A stretch of 64,000 nucleotides of DNA from Myxococcota bacterium. GTDB lineage: Bacteria; Myxococcota_A; UBA796; GCA-2862545. Positions 20,201-27,804 of this stretch are shown here, one piece after another. Location: contig JBCCQY010000040.1 in assembly GCA_039208735.1 (NCBI GenBank), forward strand, positions 1 to 64,000, read 5' to 3'. A program made the translations under genes and the position numbers. Position 1 is the stretch's first letter, and every line of letters begins with the position of its first letter. Under the pieces are notes generated by a model, which had not been told where the DNA came from, ran no database searches, and worked only from the letters and a program-made list of their open reading frames with translations.

Positions 20201-20887
20201 CTCCCACACCTGGTGGGCATAGGCCACCGAGGTAAACACCCGCGGACCCAACGAGCGGTAAAACACCTCGGCCCGAGCGTCTTCTCCCTGAACGAGCGTG
20301 TCGTCACGCTCTTCGATGCGGCGACGCAACGCGATGAGTTCTCGCATCGACTCCTGCTGGGTGCGGGCCTCTTCCGAGACCTCCCCCGCCGCGTACATTT
20401 CATCGATCACAGTGAGGATCAGCTTCTCGTACCGATCGAGCGGATCCGCATCGCCGGTGACGGCGGCAAACTGACGGCAGAGGTCGAGGCCACGCCAATG
20501 GGTGGCTTGGCAGGCACGGCCAAAAGGCAGGGGATCGTTGCGGTAGGTCGAAAGAAACGACCCCACTTCGTCGCGGGGTAGATCGCGAAACGCATGGTAG
20601 GTCGGTCGAAGTTGGGCAAGAAAGCGCCCGAGCTGCCGAGCCAGAGGATGGATCCAGTCAAACTCGGCCGCAGAGGCCTCACGATCCGAATCCAAGGTGA
20701 GGGTGGCCGCATGCAGCGCATCGCCCCACAGGGCGAGCCCGATTCGGGCTGCTCGGGGAGGACCGTCGGCATCGGCGAGTGCTCGCAGGTCTTGCGGGAG
20801 AATCGCCGCCTCCTGGTCGCCGATCTTCGAGTCGATGACCGATGCGATCGCCGCCGCTTCCCGCACTACCTGTTCACTGGAGGACAT
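17225..20887 (-). CDS. Large double P-loop protein: N-terminal helical domain, ATPase, Pro-rich linker, degenerate HerA/FtsK-like domain
   Basis: First ATPase has Walker A GSAGSGKT and Walker B LLVDQLE. The C-terminal domain has AFLGGGAPMAT...VIVDRNGDL, LVLIDEAD and GRRDGIGMVLWSERPGDLDY. GGGAG precedes ATG 20887. Confidence 0.8.
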   Translation of the reverse strand: MSSSEQVVREAAAIASVIDSKIGDQEAAILPQDLRALADADGPPRAARIGLALWGDALHAATLTLDSDREASAAEFDWIHPLARQLGRFLAQLRPTYHAFRDLPRDEVGSFLSTYRNDPLPFGRACQATHWRGLDLCRQFAAVTGDADPLDRYEKLILTVIDEMYAAGEVSEEARTQQESMRELIALRRRIEERDDTLVQGEDARAEVFYRSLGPRVFTSVAYAHQVWERDPFDVRAIHSGARDSFERLVDAASAGGQLTGHMLLIRGSAGSGKTHLVRAFRNYVHRKRLGMAGYLQMTSGSGDYGRYVLNNLVDSLQRPFDRPVVESSGLMVLSDALAQLPNGLTAEQRETLISGTDDDVVSELVDHLLGHPKLEGFDPDLLRVVLQLQRRDPMITARAIKYLRCHDLNDWDRRKLGGIAPRTADGDALRTVIELGQLVAAAMGGSLVLLVDQLEDIFHMEEIKERFPRAIDVLRNIVDAVPQAIVVISCLDDMYVEVRQFLTRSALDRLEREPAPVTLTARRSAEEIEEIIARRLQVLYESQEVRFRPESPLYPFRRGDLARITNLRTRDILNWCHAFRDRCIAAGRIIDPDDVEVELVPGPKAPTVNWAQQYNDFRSGFLGSIPDEDAALIGLLCRAATQVVHEAPEHAGLRVERIAENRLTVQIDDGPAYRTGICNRTPLGGSLGRQIEDIVQEADPGPAALVRTGPFPDNPRTKLARRLGEIVAAGGRKVVVQDTDWRTIMAFLAFQERHERAPGFEEWTRRDQPLSQLPGLRTLFGLGTSTVAEPERSPSPSATPEPMPMPTPEPAVAPAPESGPIQIGWWTNGDQEVVVAPDELDRNLAFLGGGAPMATALAVIEQALEQGRSVVIVDRNGDLCGLADPDRYPALPDDPNTPRAQRILRDVDVSLVTPGAAPGRSVWLPLVPVGLGDLPTQQRSMVAHFLAESLGSLMGYHGSEAEKSRLVLLAKAIEHGVALGETVDLTVLTDRIGDQDPAIVNAVGELNARQFEKLHDNLTALSWSHGELLEAAGAQLDASRLVGPHPRPRVSIVHVGQLRDATRMEYWVTRLLVELACFTAANETDDLHTLVLIDEADLWLPAEASPATKEPLMRLLRPGRRDGIGMVLWSERPGDLDYRPRENIGTWVLGPVDEGELSKMRTLLSDTRDAESQLLRKRTGHLHVLRGGELSEMRPVTPIVPPHRYSDEELLVLARQARG

Positions 20888-20954
20888 CCCAAACTCCCGG
20901 CCCCGGGGCCTTCCCCTCGCATCGTCGCCGCGCACGCACCCGCGGTCCTTCGGT

Positions 20955-21932
20955 CTACCGCACGGATGCGGCTTCGACGAAGTGGAACGTCGCGTTCATG
21001 ACGTGGGCTTCTGAGGCGTTCACCTCATTGATGTCCATCGCACCGACAAGATCGGCGCGCTCGAGATTCAACAGACCGGCCTGGTGCGCCTGACACAGAC
21101 GGTCCTTGAACTGGCCGAGCGTCAGATCCGCGACGATCCGATCGCCGGTCAATGCGCGCCAGACCGCCGCGATGAACACTTTCCGCTCGCCAAAACGACC
21201 GTTTCCGTGGATCGTCCCGGCCACGTCGAGGACGCGACGCGCGAAGGTTTCAAGCGCCACCATGTCGCGCTCGGGCGACCGCGTTCCGGTGAGCCACTGT
21301 TGGGTCAGGGCGGTCACCAACTCGTCGACTTCGGTGCCTGGCGCCCCCAGCACTCGCGCGGCCACCATGCGAGCGAGTCGATCCACATCGCCACGAACCC
21401 GGCGGTTGCGGCCTCCGATCAGACGTTCGAGAAAGAAGGCCCGTGCAACATCAAGCGTCAACTCGCCTTCTTTGCCGGTCATTTCACGGAACGCCAGGCG
21501 GTCCACGGCCTCGATCATCGAAGGCAGTCCAAGGCCCAGATCCATGGTCTCGTTCAACACCGCGCCCACCACGGCCTCGCCATCCTTCAATTGGCGGCGG
21601 ACCGACGCATCTCGGGCATCGAGCCCCATGGCCAACGCAGCCATCACCGGGCGGGCATCGCGCCAGGGCAATTTGGTGACCCCGATCTTTCCCTTGAGCA
21701 CCAACTGGCCACGCGGGGTGAGCCGGTATCGCTCCACAAGGCCCTGCCGCCGAAGGTTTTCGATGCGCGCTTGAAACACTGCAGGCCACCGCGCCTTTGG
21801 CAACGGTGGCACCACGTAGCGTTCCATCGGCGCCCGAAGCGCCGATGGCGTCGGATGCTTGATGGGGACAGAGAGGCGGATGAGGATCAGCGTGTCTAGC
21901 CGATCGGAATAAGTGCGGCCCGGCGGCGTCAT
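20955..21932 (-). CDS. Hypothetical basic protein, winged-helix-like, partner of the large ATPase
   Basis: 325 aa. LRRQGLVERYRLTPRG is wHTH-wing-like, and the C-terminus reads GRFGERKVFI...FKDRLCQAHQAGLLNLERADLV. Co-oriented, about 70 bp upstream of the ATPase. Confidence 0.75.
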   Translation of the reverse strand: MTPPGRTYSDRLDTLILIRLSVPIKHPTPSALRAPMERYVVPPLPKARWPAVFQARIENLRRQGLVERYRLTPRGQLVLKGKIGVTKLPWRDARPVMAALAMGLDARDASVRRQLKDGEAVVGAVLNETMDLGLGLPSMIEAVDRLAFREMTGKEGELTLDVARAFFLERLIGGRNRRVRGDVDRLARMVAARVLGAPGTEVDELVTALTQQWLTGTRSPERDMVALETFARRVLDVAGTIHGNGRFGERKVFIAAVWRALTGDRIVADLTLGQFKDRLCQAHQAGLLNLERADLVGAMDINEVNASEAHVMNATFHFVEAASVR

Positions 21933-21996
21933 AGGGGGTTCCGTATCGCCGGTCCGGGCCGAGCGCGAGCGTTCCTTACGGGTTTCCTGCGGCTAC

Positions 21997-22935
21997 TTAC
22001 GCAGCGTCTTCCTGGCTCTCCAACCACTTCTCACAATCGAGAGCTGCCTGGCACCCCGATCCCGCTGCGGTCACCGCCTGGCGGTAGATCGTGTCCTGGA
22101 CGTCTCCACAGGCAAACACCCCTTCCACGGAGGTGAAGGTGCGACCTGCTTCCGACGGAATGATGTAGCCAGACTCGTCCATGCGAATCTGACCATTGAG
22201 GACCTTGGTATTGGGGATGTGGCCAATCGCGAGGAACAGGCCTGCCACGTCGAGGCTCGATTCCGCGCCGTTGCGGGTGTCTCGCAGTCGGACGCCCGTG
22301 ACCTTCTCGTCGCCATGAACGTCGATCACCTCGGAGTTCCACACGAACTCGACCTTCTCGTTCTTCTCCGCCCGATCCTGCATGATTTTGGATGCGCGCA
22401 ACGTCTCGCGCCGGTGGACGATGTAGACTTTGGAGGCGAACTTTGTGAGGAACGTGGCTTCCTCCATGGCCGAGTCCCCACCGCCCACGACGGCGACCGG
22501 CACGTTCTGGAAGAAGAACCCATCACAGGTTGCGCACGCGCTGACCCCGTGTCCGGACAGGCGGGTTTCATTGGGCAGACCGAGGTAGCGTGCGCTCGCC
22601 CCGGTCGCGATGACCACCGCATCGACCTCGATGGGATCGCCGTAGCTTGGCTTGAGCCGGAACGGGCGCTTCGAAAGGTCGGCTTCAACCACTTCGTCGA
22701 GGACGAACTTGGCCCCGAAGCGCTCACACTGCGACTTCATGCGCTCCATGAGTTCAGGACCCATGATGCCTTCGGGAAAACCCGGGTAGTTATCAACGTC
22801 GGTCGTGATGGTGAGCTGCCCACCCGGCTGGATCCCCTCGAACACAACGGGCGGCAAGTTCGCTCGCGACAGATACAGCGCAGCGGTCAGGCCCGCAGGG
22901 CCCGAGCCGAGCACGGCCACACGATGTTCCGACAC
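21997..22935 (-). CDS. trxB: Thioredoxin reductase
   Basis: GSGPAG, GGQLTITTDVDNYPGF, CATCDGFF, GGGDSAMEEA, GDVQD. Confidence 0.97.
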   Translation of the reverse strand: MSEHRVAVLGSGPAGLTAALYLSRANLPPVVFEGIQPGGQLTITTDVDNYPGFPEGIMGPELMERMKSQCERFGAKFVLDEVVEADLSKRPFRLKPSYGDPIEVDAVVIATGASARYLGLPNETRLSGHGVSACATCDGFFFQNVPVAVVGGGDSAMEEATFLTKFASKVYIVHRRETLRASKIMQDRAEKNEKVEFVWNSEVIDVHGDEKVTGVRLRDTRNGAESSLDVAGLFLAIGHIPNTKVLNGQIRMDESGYIIPSEAGRTFTSVEGVFACGDVQDTIYRQAVTAAGSGCQAALDCEKWLESQEDAA

Positions 22936-23004
22936 ACGTCCTCCAGCAGATTCGAAAGCATGTCGAACCTGTTCATCTGCCTGGCTTAACGTTGCACTCG
23001 GCCG

Positions 23005-25212
23005 TCAACCTGCCTCGGCAGCGCGCCGGACGGCCTGCAACAGGTTTGGGTTGGTCGTGAGCACCTCGGCCACCGCTTCGGGAAGCCAGGGAAAGGTCCG
23101 ACCGTTAGCGGCCTGACGCAGTTCGTCGAGCAGGGTATCGACGTCATCGTCGGTAGGGTCGTCCGAGCGCCCCGTCCGAAGGAACAACAGGACGCGCCAA
23201 GCCCGACCATCCTCGTTCGCAAGCCAGTCGGTCAGTTGATGCGTCCGTTCTGCCACCTCCGTTTGGTGGCGGGCTCCTTCCGCTTTCGCCGCGGCGAGCG
23301 TCAACGGCTCGGGAGCCTCCAGAGCGGGGCGACGTTGACCGGTCAATGGATCGTGAACCTCTTCCCATGGACGACCCGTCGACGAGTCCAATTCTCGGGG
23401 AAGGCCCATTCGACGACGCATGCGCCGGATTCGGCGATCTCCGGGCGAACGTCGCCACGCCAATTCGAGTAGCCCGACCGCCTCTTCGGTCCGGTCCAGC
23501 TCGGTCAGCCCGGCTACCACCTCCTCAAGAACCTTTGGCAGAGGTGCATTCTCGAGCGCTCCTTCGAACCAACGATCGGGATTGGGTTCGAGGTGAAGGG
23601 CCGGCCGAACGTCTTCGAGCCCCGCGAGCCACCGGCGAGGCGAATCGGACTTGGCCTGCACGTAGGCCCACAGACCCTCAACCCCCGCTTCCCACTGGCC
23701 CGCGCGAATCTGCTGGCGTGCCAGCTCGAACTGCGCCTTTGGCGAATTCGGAAAGGCCGCAATCTCGGTCTCGGCATGCTGAAGATCCAACGGAGCTTGC
23801 CACGCAATGCGACCGAGCAGCCGACGATGGAGGGGGGCCATGCGCACCACACGTTCCGGCTCGACTTGCCACAGGCTTTCGAGCGACCAAATGCCTTGAT
23901 TCACCCCTCGCCACTCGAGAACCCGTGCTTCGGCACCCAGCCCCACCTTGGCGGTGACCATGAGTCCTTCGCGGTCGGCGAGCTCGGTCGCCAAGGGGCC
24001 CTCGATGACCGCATTGGGCCAGTCCTCACGGACCTCCTCCACCCACTCCGAGGCGAGGAGGTTCAGATCGACGATGGCGTCGTGCTTCCGCTCGCTCACG
24101 CGCCAGGCTCGGAGGGTGCCGTTTCCCGCGGTGGAAGCAAAAGCACTGGATCGGGTGGCATCGAAACTCGAGAGCCAGCTTGCAGGCACCCAGTACTGTA
24201 GGGCGGTCTCCATGCGCTCTTTCGGTTTTTGCAGGCCCCAGCGAACCATCAAGGACTGGACGTACGGCACCTTCGCGCGACGCTCAACCGCCAGCTGAAG
24301 CGGTTCGACGACAGGTCCCGCAAGCCACGGCACCAGCATCGCCAACCCACACAACTCGAGGATGCCGGCCCGGGCGCGAGCGTTGTCTCCGGCCCGGTGC
24401 TGGACTTCCTCCGGGACCAGGATCACGCCGAGCACAAGGCCCGTGACCAGCCCCCCAAAGTGAGCCGCGTTGTCGATTTGATCACTCCAAAGCCCGTTTA
24501 GGAACATCCAGACCATGTAGGGCAGCGACGTGAGCACAAAGAACAATCGAAGGGTGCGGTTGAGGAAGTCCGGTCGGGCAAATGCCACGGTGACCATGGC
24601 TGCGATCAGTCCGTAGACCCCTCCTGAAGCGCCCAACGATGGGGTTCCGGGACCGATCAACGACGACAGGACGGACCCGGCGGCCACCGAGGCCACGAAG
24701 ATGACGGCAAGGTTGGCTCGCCCCAACGTCCGTTCAAGGTTGTAGGAGGCGAAGAGCAGCCAAAGCGAATTGCTGAACAGGTGTCCCCAATTGCCGTGGA
24801 GCAACCCCGAGGTCAGCAGACGCCACCCTTCTCCGTCTTCAAAGATGGCAGCGTTTTCGCGAATCCAGTGGGCACCCAGCCAAGCATCGACCTCAGGCAG
24901 CCGCCCCATCCAGTGGAAGCGGATCAGCACCCCGAGCATCAGGGCCGTCAAGAGGGGGGGTTTCGACGAAAAGAAGGCGGAGCCAATGCCCGGACTACTC
25001 CGGAGGGAGCGGTACATCTCGAGTTCGGCCGCCCGGCGAAACTCCGCCCCCGTGACAGGTTCGAATTGAACCAGCGTGTCCGCATTGATCCGTCCTGTCC
25101 GAACGCGCGCTTCCCATTCATCCCAGGACAGGCTCTCGATGTCGTCGCCGATGCGTATCCGGACCAGGATCGCCTCCCACAGCTGAATAGCGTTCGCTCC
25201 ACAGGCCGTCAT
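23005..25212 (-). CDS. Rhomboid-family intramembrane serine protease with long C-terminal soluble/TPR-like region
   Basis: WRLLTSGLLH..HLFSN, GASGG and AHFGG catalytic motifs. Start is uncertain. Confidence 0.85.
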   Translation of the reverse strand: MTACGANAIQLWEAILVRIRIGDDIESLSWDEWEARVRTGRINADTLVQFEPVTGAEFRRAAELEMYRSLRSSPGIGSAFFSSKPPLLTALMLGVLIRFHWMGRLPEVDAWLGAHWIRENAAIFEDGEGWRLLTSGLLHGNWGHLFSNSLWLLFASYNLERTLGRANLAVIFVASVAAGSVLSSLIGPGTPSLGASGGVYGLIAAMVTVAFARPDFLNRTLRLFFVLTSLPYMVWMFLNGLWSDQIDNAAHFGGLVTGLVLGVILVPEEVQHRAGDNARARAGILELCGLAMLVPWLAGPVVEPLQLAVERRAKVPYVQSLMVRWGLQKPKERMETALQYWVPASWLSSFDATRSSAFASTAGNGTLRAWRVSERKHDAIVDLNLLASEWVEEVREDWPNAVIEGPLATELADREGLMVTAKVGLGAEARVLEWRGVNQGIWSLESLWQVEPERVVRMAPLHRRLLGRIAWQAPLDLQHAETEIAAFPNSPKAQFELARQQIRAGQWEAGVEGLWAYVQAKSDSPRRWLAGLEDVRPALHLEPNPDRWFEGALENAPLPKVLEEVVAGLTELDRTEEAVGLLELAWRRSPGDRRIRRMRRRMGLPRELDSSTGRPWEEVHDPLTGQRRPALEAPEPLTLAAAKAEGARHQTEVAERTHQLTDWLANEDGRAWRVLLFLRTGRSDDPTDDDVDTLLDELRQAANGRTFPWLPEAVAEVLTTNPNLLQAVRRAAEAG

Positions 25213-25307
25213 GGAAGTTACCCTCCACGTCAGCCCTCCGGGGCCTGGGCCCAGGGTCGACCCATGCGGTTGGACGACCCCGTCCAAATCCCGTTCGTGG
25301 AGAACCC

Positions 25308-25946
25308 ATGGAGCCCGACCAGCTCGAAGAGGTTGCTCGCAACCTACCGATCTTCCCGTTGCCACGCACGGTTTTGATGCCGGGAACCACCCTTCCGCTG
25401 CACGTCTTCGAGCCGCGCTACCGGGCGCTCGTGGCCCATTGCCTCGCCACCCACAAGGTGATGGGCGTGGCGACTCTGCGGCCAGGCTACGAAGCAACGT
25501 ACGAGGGAAACCCAGCCCTTTATCCGGAAATTGGTGTGGGGCAGATCGTCGCTCACCAACCCTTTGTCGACGGGCGATGCAACATCGTTCTCCGGTTTGA
25601 AGGCTGCGTTCAACTTGCTCACGAGATCGACACCGACGAGATGTTTCGCATCGTCGCAGGCGAGGTGTTGGTTGCCGACCCCTCGGGCATTGAAGGCGCC
25701 TTGCAATCCCTCAAAGTCTTGGTCCTTCAGCTGGGAAGTGTCCGGCCTGAGGCAGCGGAGGAGGCGCATCGCCTGGCGCAACTCGAAGGCATGGAGCTGC
25801 CCGATGCTCTTGCCCGGCGATTGTTCGAACAAATCGACATCCAGCGGGAGTACCTCGCAGCGACTCGGCTGGTGGATCGAGTGGCCCTGGTGCAAGACCG
25901 GCTCGCACAGTTCATGCTGACGACTTCGACGATCGGCGAAGCGTAG
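25308..25946 (+). CDS. LON peptidase substrate-binding (N-terminal) domain protein
   Basis: LPIFPL..VLMPG..LPLHVFEPRY and DGRCNI. No AAA or protease domain. Confidence 0.9.
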   Translation: MEPDQLEEVARNLPIFPLPRTVLMPGTTLPLHVFEPRYRALVAHCLATHKVMGVATLRPGYEATYEGNPALYPEIGVGQIVAHQPFVDGRCNIVLRFEGCVQLAHEIDTDEMFRIVAGEVLVADPSGIEGALQSLKVLVLQLGSVRPEAAEEAHRLAQLEGMELPDALARRLFEQIDIQREYLAATRLVDRVALVQDRLAQFMLTTSTIGEA

Positions 25947-26049
25947 ACAACGTTTCGCGCGTCTGTGGCATCAGCCCAGGCCTGCGGCACTGTCAGACAG
26001 GGCATGAGGCGACAACATCACAACCGACACGGAATGTCGGGCCAGATGT

Positions 26050-27717
26050 TCAGTACACGCCCGCGGGCCACCCGCCTTTGCGAGGGTCTGCTCCTCCTTC
26101 GAGCCCTACGTCTGTCACACGAATCGCCTGTGCGGCCGAAAAGCCTCGTCGAACGATAACTTCGTGCCCCTTTGTCTTGAGCGCCTCGATCACGTCTCGC
26201 GCAAACCCTGGCTCGAGCCAGAGTTGCTCGGGCAGCCACTGGTGATGGAACCGAGGTGCAGCGACCGCCTCCTGCGGGTTCATGTCGAAGTCGACCACGG
26301 CCAGGAGTACCTGAAGCGTTGCGCTGATGATCGTCGAGCCACCCGACGCGCCTACGGCGAGAACCACGTCCCCATCACCATCAACCACCAGCGTTGGCGT
26401 CATGGACGAAAGCGGTCGCTTGCCGGGCTCTACGGCATTGGCTTCCGAGCCCACCAGGCCAAAAGCGTTCGGCACACCTGGGGCTAGCGCGAAGTCGTCC
26501 ATTTCATTGTTGAGGATGACGCCGGTTCGCTCCGGGATGAGGCCCGAGCCGAAGCCCAGGTTGATGGTGGTCGTGAGTGCGACGGCGCCCCCTTGGTCAT
26601 CGATGGCCGAGATGTGCTGGGTGCCGCCATCGCGCGGAGCAGCAATCGGATCACCATAGAAGCCTGTTTCAAACGTGCGCTCAGCATCGAAGCCGCCGAT
26701 GATCTCGGCAATCCGTTCTTCGGAAAGCAGCCGCTCGGTCGGCACGTCGACGAAGTCGGGGTCGCCGAGGAAGTTTGCGCGGTCCGCGAACGCGTGCTTC
26801 ATGGCCTCGGTCACGCGATGAACGTACGCTGAGGAATTGTGCCCAAGCGACGTCAAATCTACGTCCTCAAGGGCACCCAGCATCTGCAAGAGGGCGATGC
26901 CGCCGGAGCTTGGAGGGGGCATCGTGATGATCGTGTACTCGCGGTACCGGCCCACGAGAGGCGTCCGATCCTTCGGCACGTAGTCCGCAAGTTCGGCTAC
27001 GGTCATGGGATTGCCATCACCCGACACGGTTGCCACCACGGCTTCCGCTCCGGCTCCTTCGTTGAGCATGCGTCCGTCCGTCTTCGCCCAACGCCGCAGG
27101 GTGCGCGCCAGATCGGGTCGCTTCACGACGTCACCGGTTCGCGCCAACCGTTCACCGACCGTGAACCGTTCGGTGATGGTTTCAAAGGACGTTCGACCCA
27201 GGGACCGCGACAGGTGAGCCCCGACGGGTGCGCCGCGAGCCGCCTGGCGAATCGCCGGACGCGCCACCTCCGCTAGACTCATTCGTCCCCATCGGCGCAC
27301 CAGCGTGGCCAGCCCGATGGGTTCACCCGGCACCGCTACGGCAAGGCCGCCGACCTTCGACCGTTCCGGAACCACTGCGCCATCGGCGTTCTGATAGGCA
27401 GATGGGTCGATGCCCCGCGGGGCGGTCTCCCGGAAATCCAACGCGAAGGTGTCTTCCAAAATGCGACCAATCGCAAAGCCTCCCCCGCCGAGTCCGCTCC
27501 CTGCAGGCTGGACCACACCGGCTGACAGCGCAGCCGCCACAGCCGCATCCACCGCGTTGCCCCCTTGCGCCAACAGATCGGCGCCCGCCTGGGAGGCCAA
27601 CGGATGATCCGCCGCCACGATCGCACGACCCTGTTCTGGCCAGGGTGCGACCGCAACGAAACCGACCAGCGCGACAGCGCCGGACAAAAGCGCAGCACCT
27701 TTTCGTCCGATCGACAC
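26050..27717 (-). CDS. ggt: Gamma-glutamyltransferase
   Basis: GGNAVDAAVA, SGLGGGGF, DFRETAP, PPPSSGG, nucleophile T in GTQHIS, LNNEMDDF, RPLSSMTP, ADPRK. Confidence 0.96.
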   Translation of the reverse strand: MSIGRKGAALLSGAVALVGFVAVAPWPEQGRAIVAADHPLASQAGADLLAQGGNAVDAAVAAALSAGVVQPAGSGLGGGGFAIGRILEDTFALDFRETAPRGIDPSAYQNADGAVVPERSKVGGLAVAVPGEPIGLATLVRRWGRMSLAEVARPAIRQAARGAPVGAHLSRSLGRTSFETITERFTVGERLARTGDVVKRPDLARTLRRWAKTDGRMLNEGAGAEAVVATVSGDGNPMTVAELADYVPKDRTPLVGRYREYTIITMPPPSSGGIALLQMLGALEDVDLTSLGHNSSAYVHRVTEAMKHAFADRANFLGDPDFVDVPTERLLSEERIAEIIGGFDAERTFETGFYGDPIAAPRDGGTQHISAIDDQGGAVALTTTINLGFGSGLIPERTGVILNNEMDDFALAPGVPNAFGLVGSEANAVEPGKRPLSSMTPTLVVDGDGDVVLAVGASGGSTIISATLQVLLAVVDFDMNPQEAVAAPRFHHQWLPEQLWLEPGFARDVIEALKTKGHEVIVRRGFSAAQAIRVTDVGLEGGADPRKGGWPAGVY

Positions 27718-27804
27718 GACAACCTCCGCGGCATCACCTATGCGGCCATCCTAGACGCATCGGTCGGACGCGAGACCAGAGGGTGTCGGGTCAGGTCCAG
27801 GTAG

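Noticed and set aside
25947..26049. CCGACA/TGTCGG hairpin between convergent genes as a terminator or sRNA
   Set aside because: Only a 6-bp stem with no U-tract, so support is insufficient.
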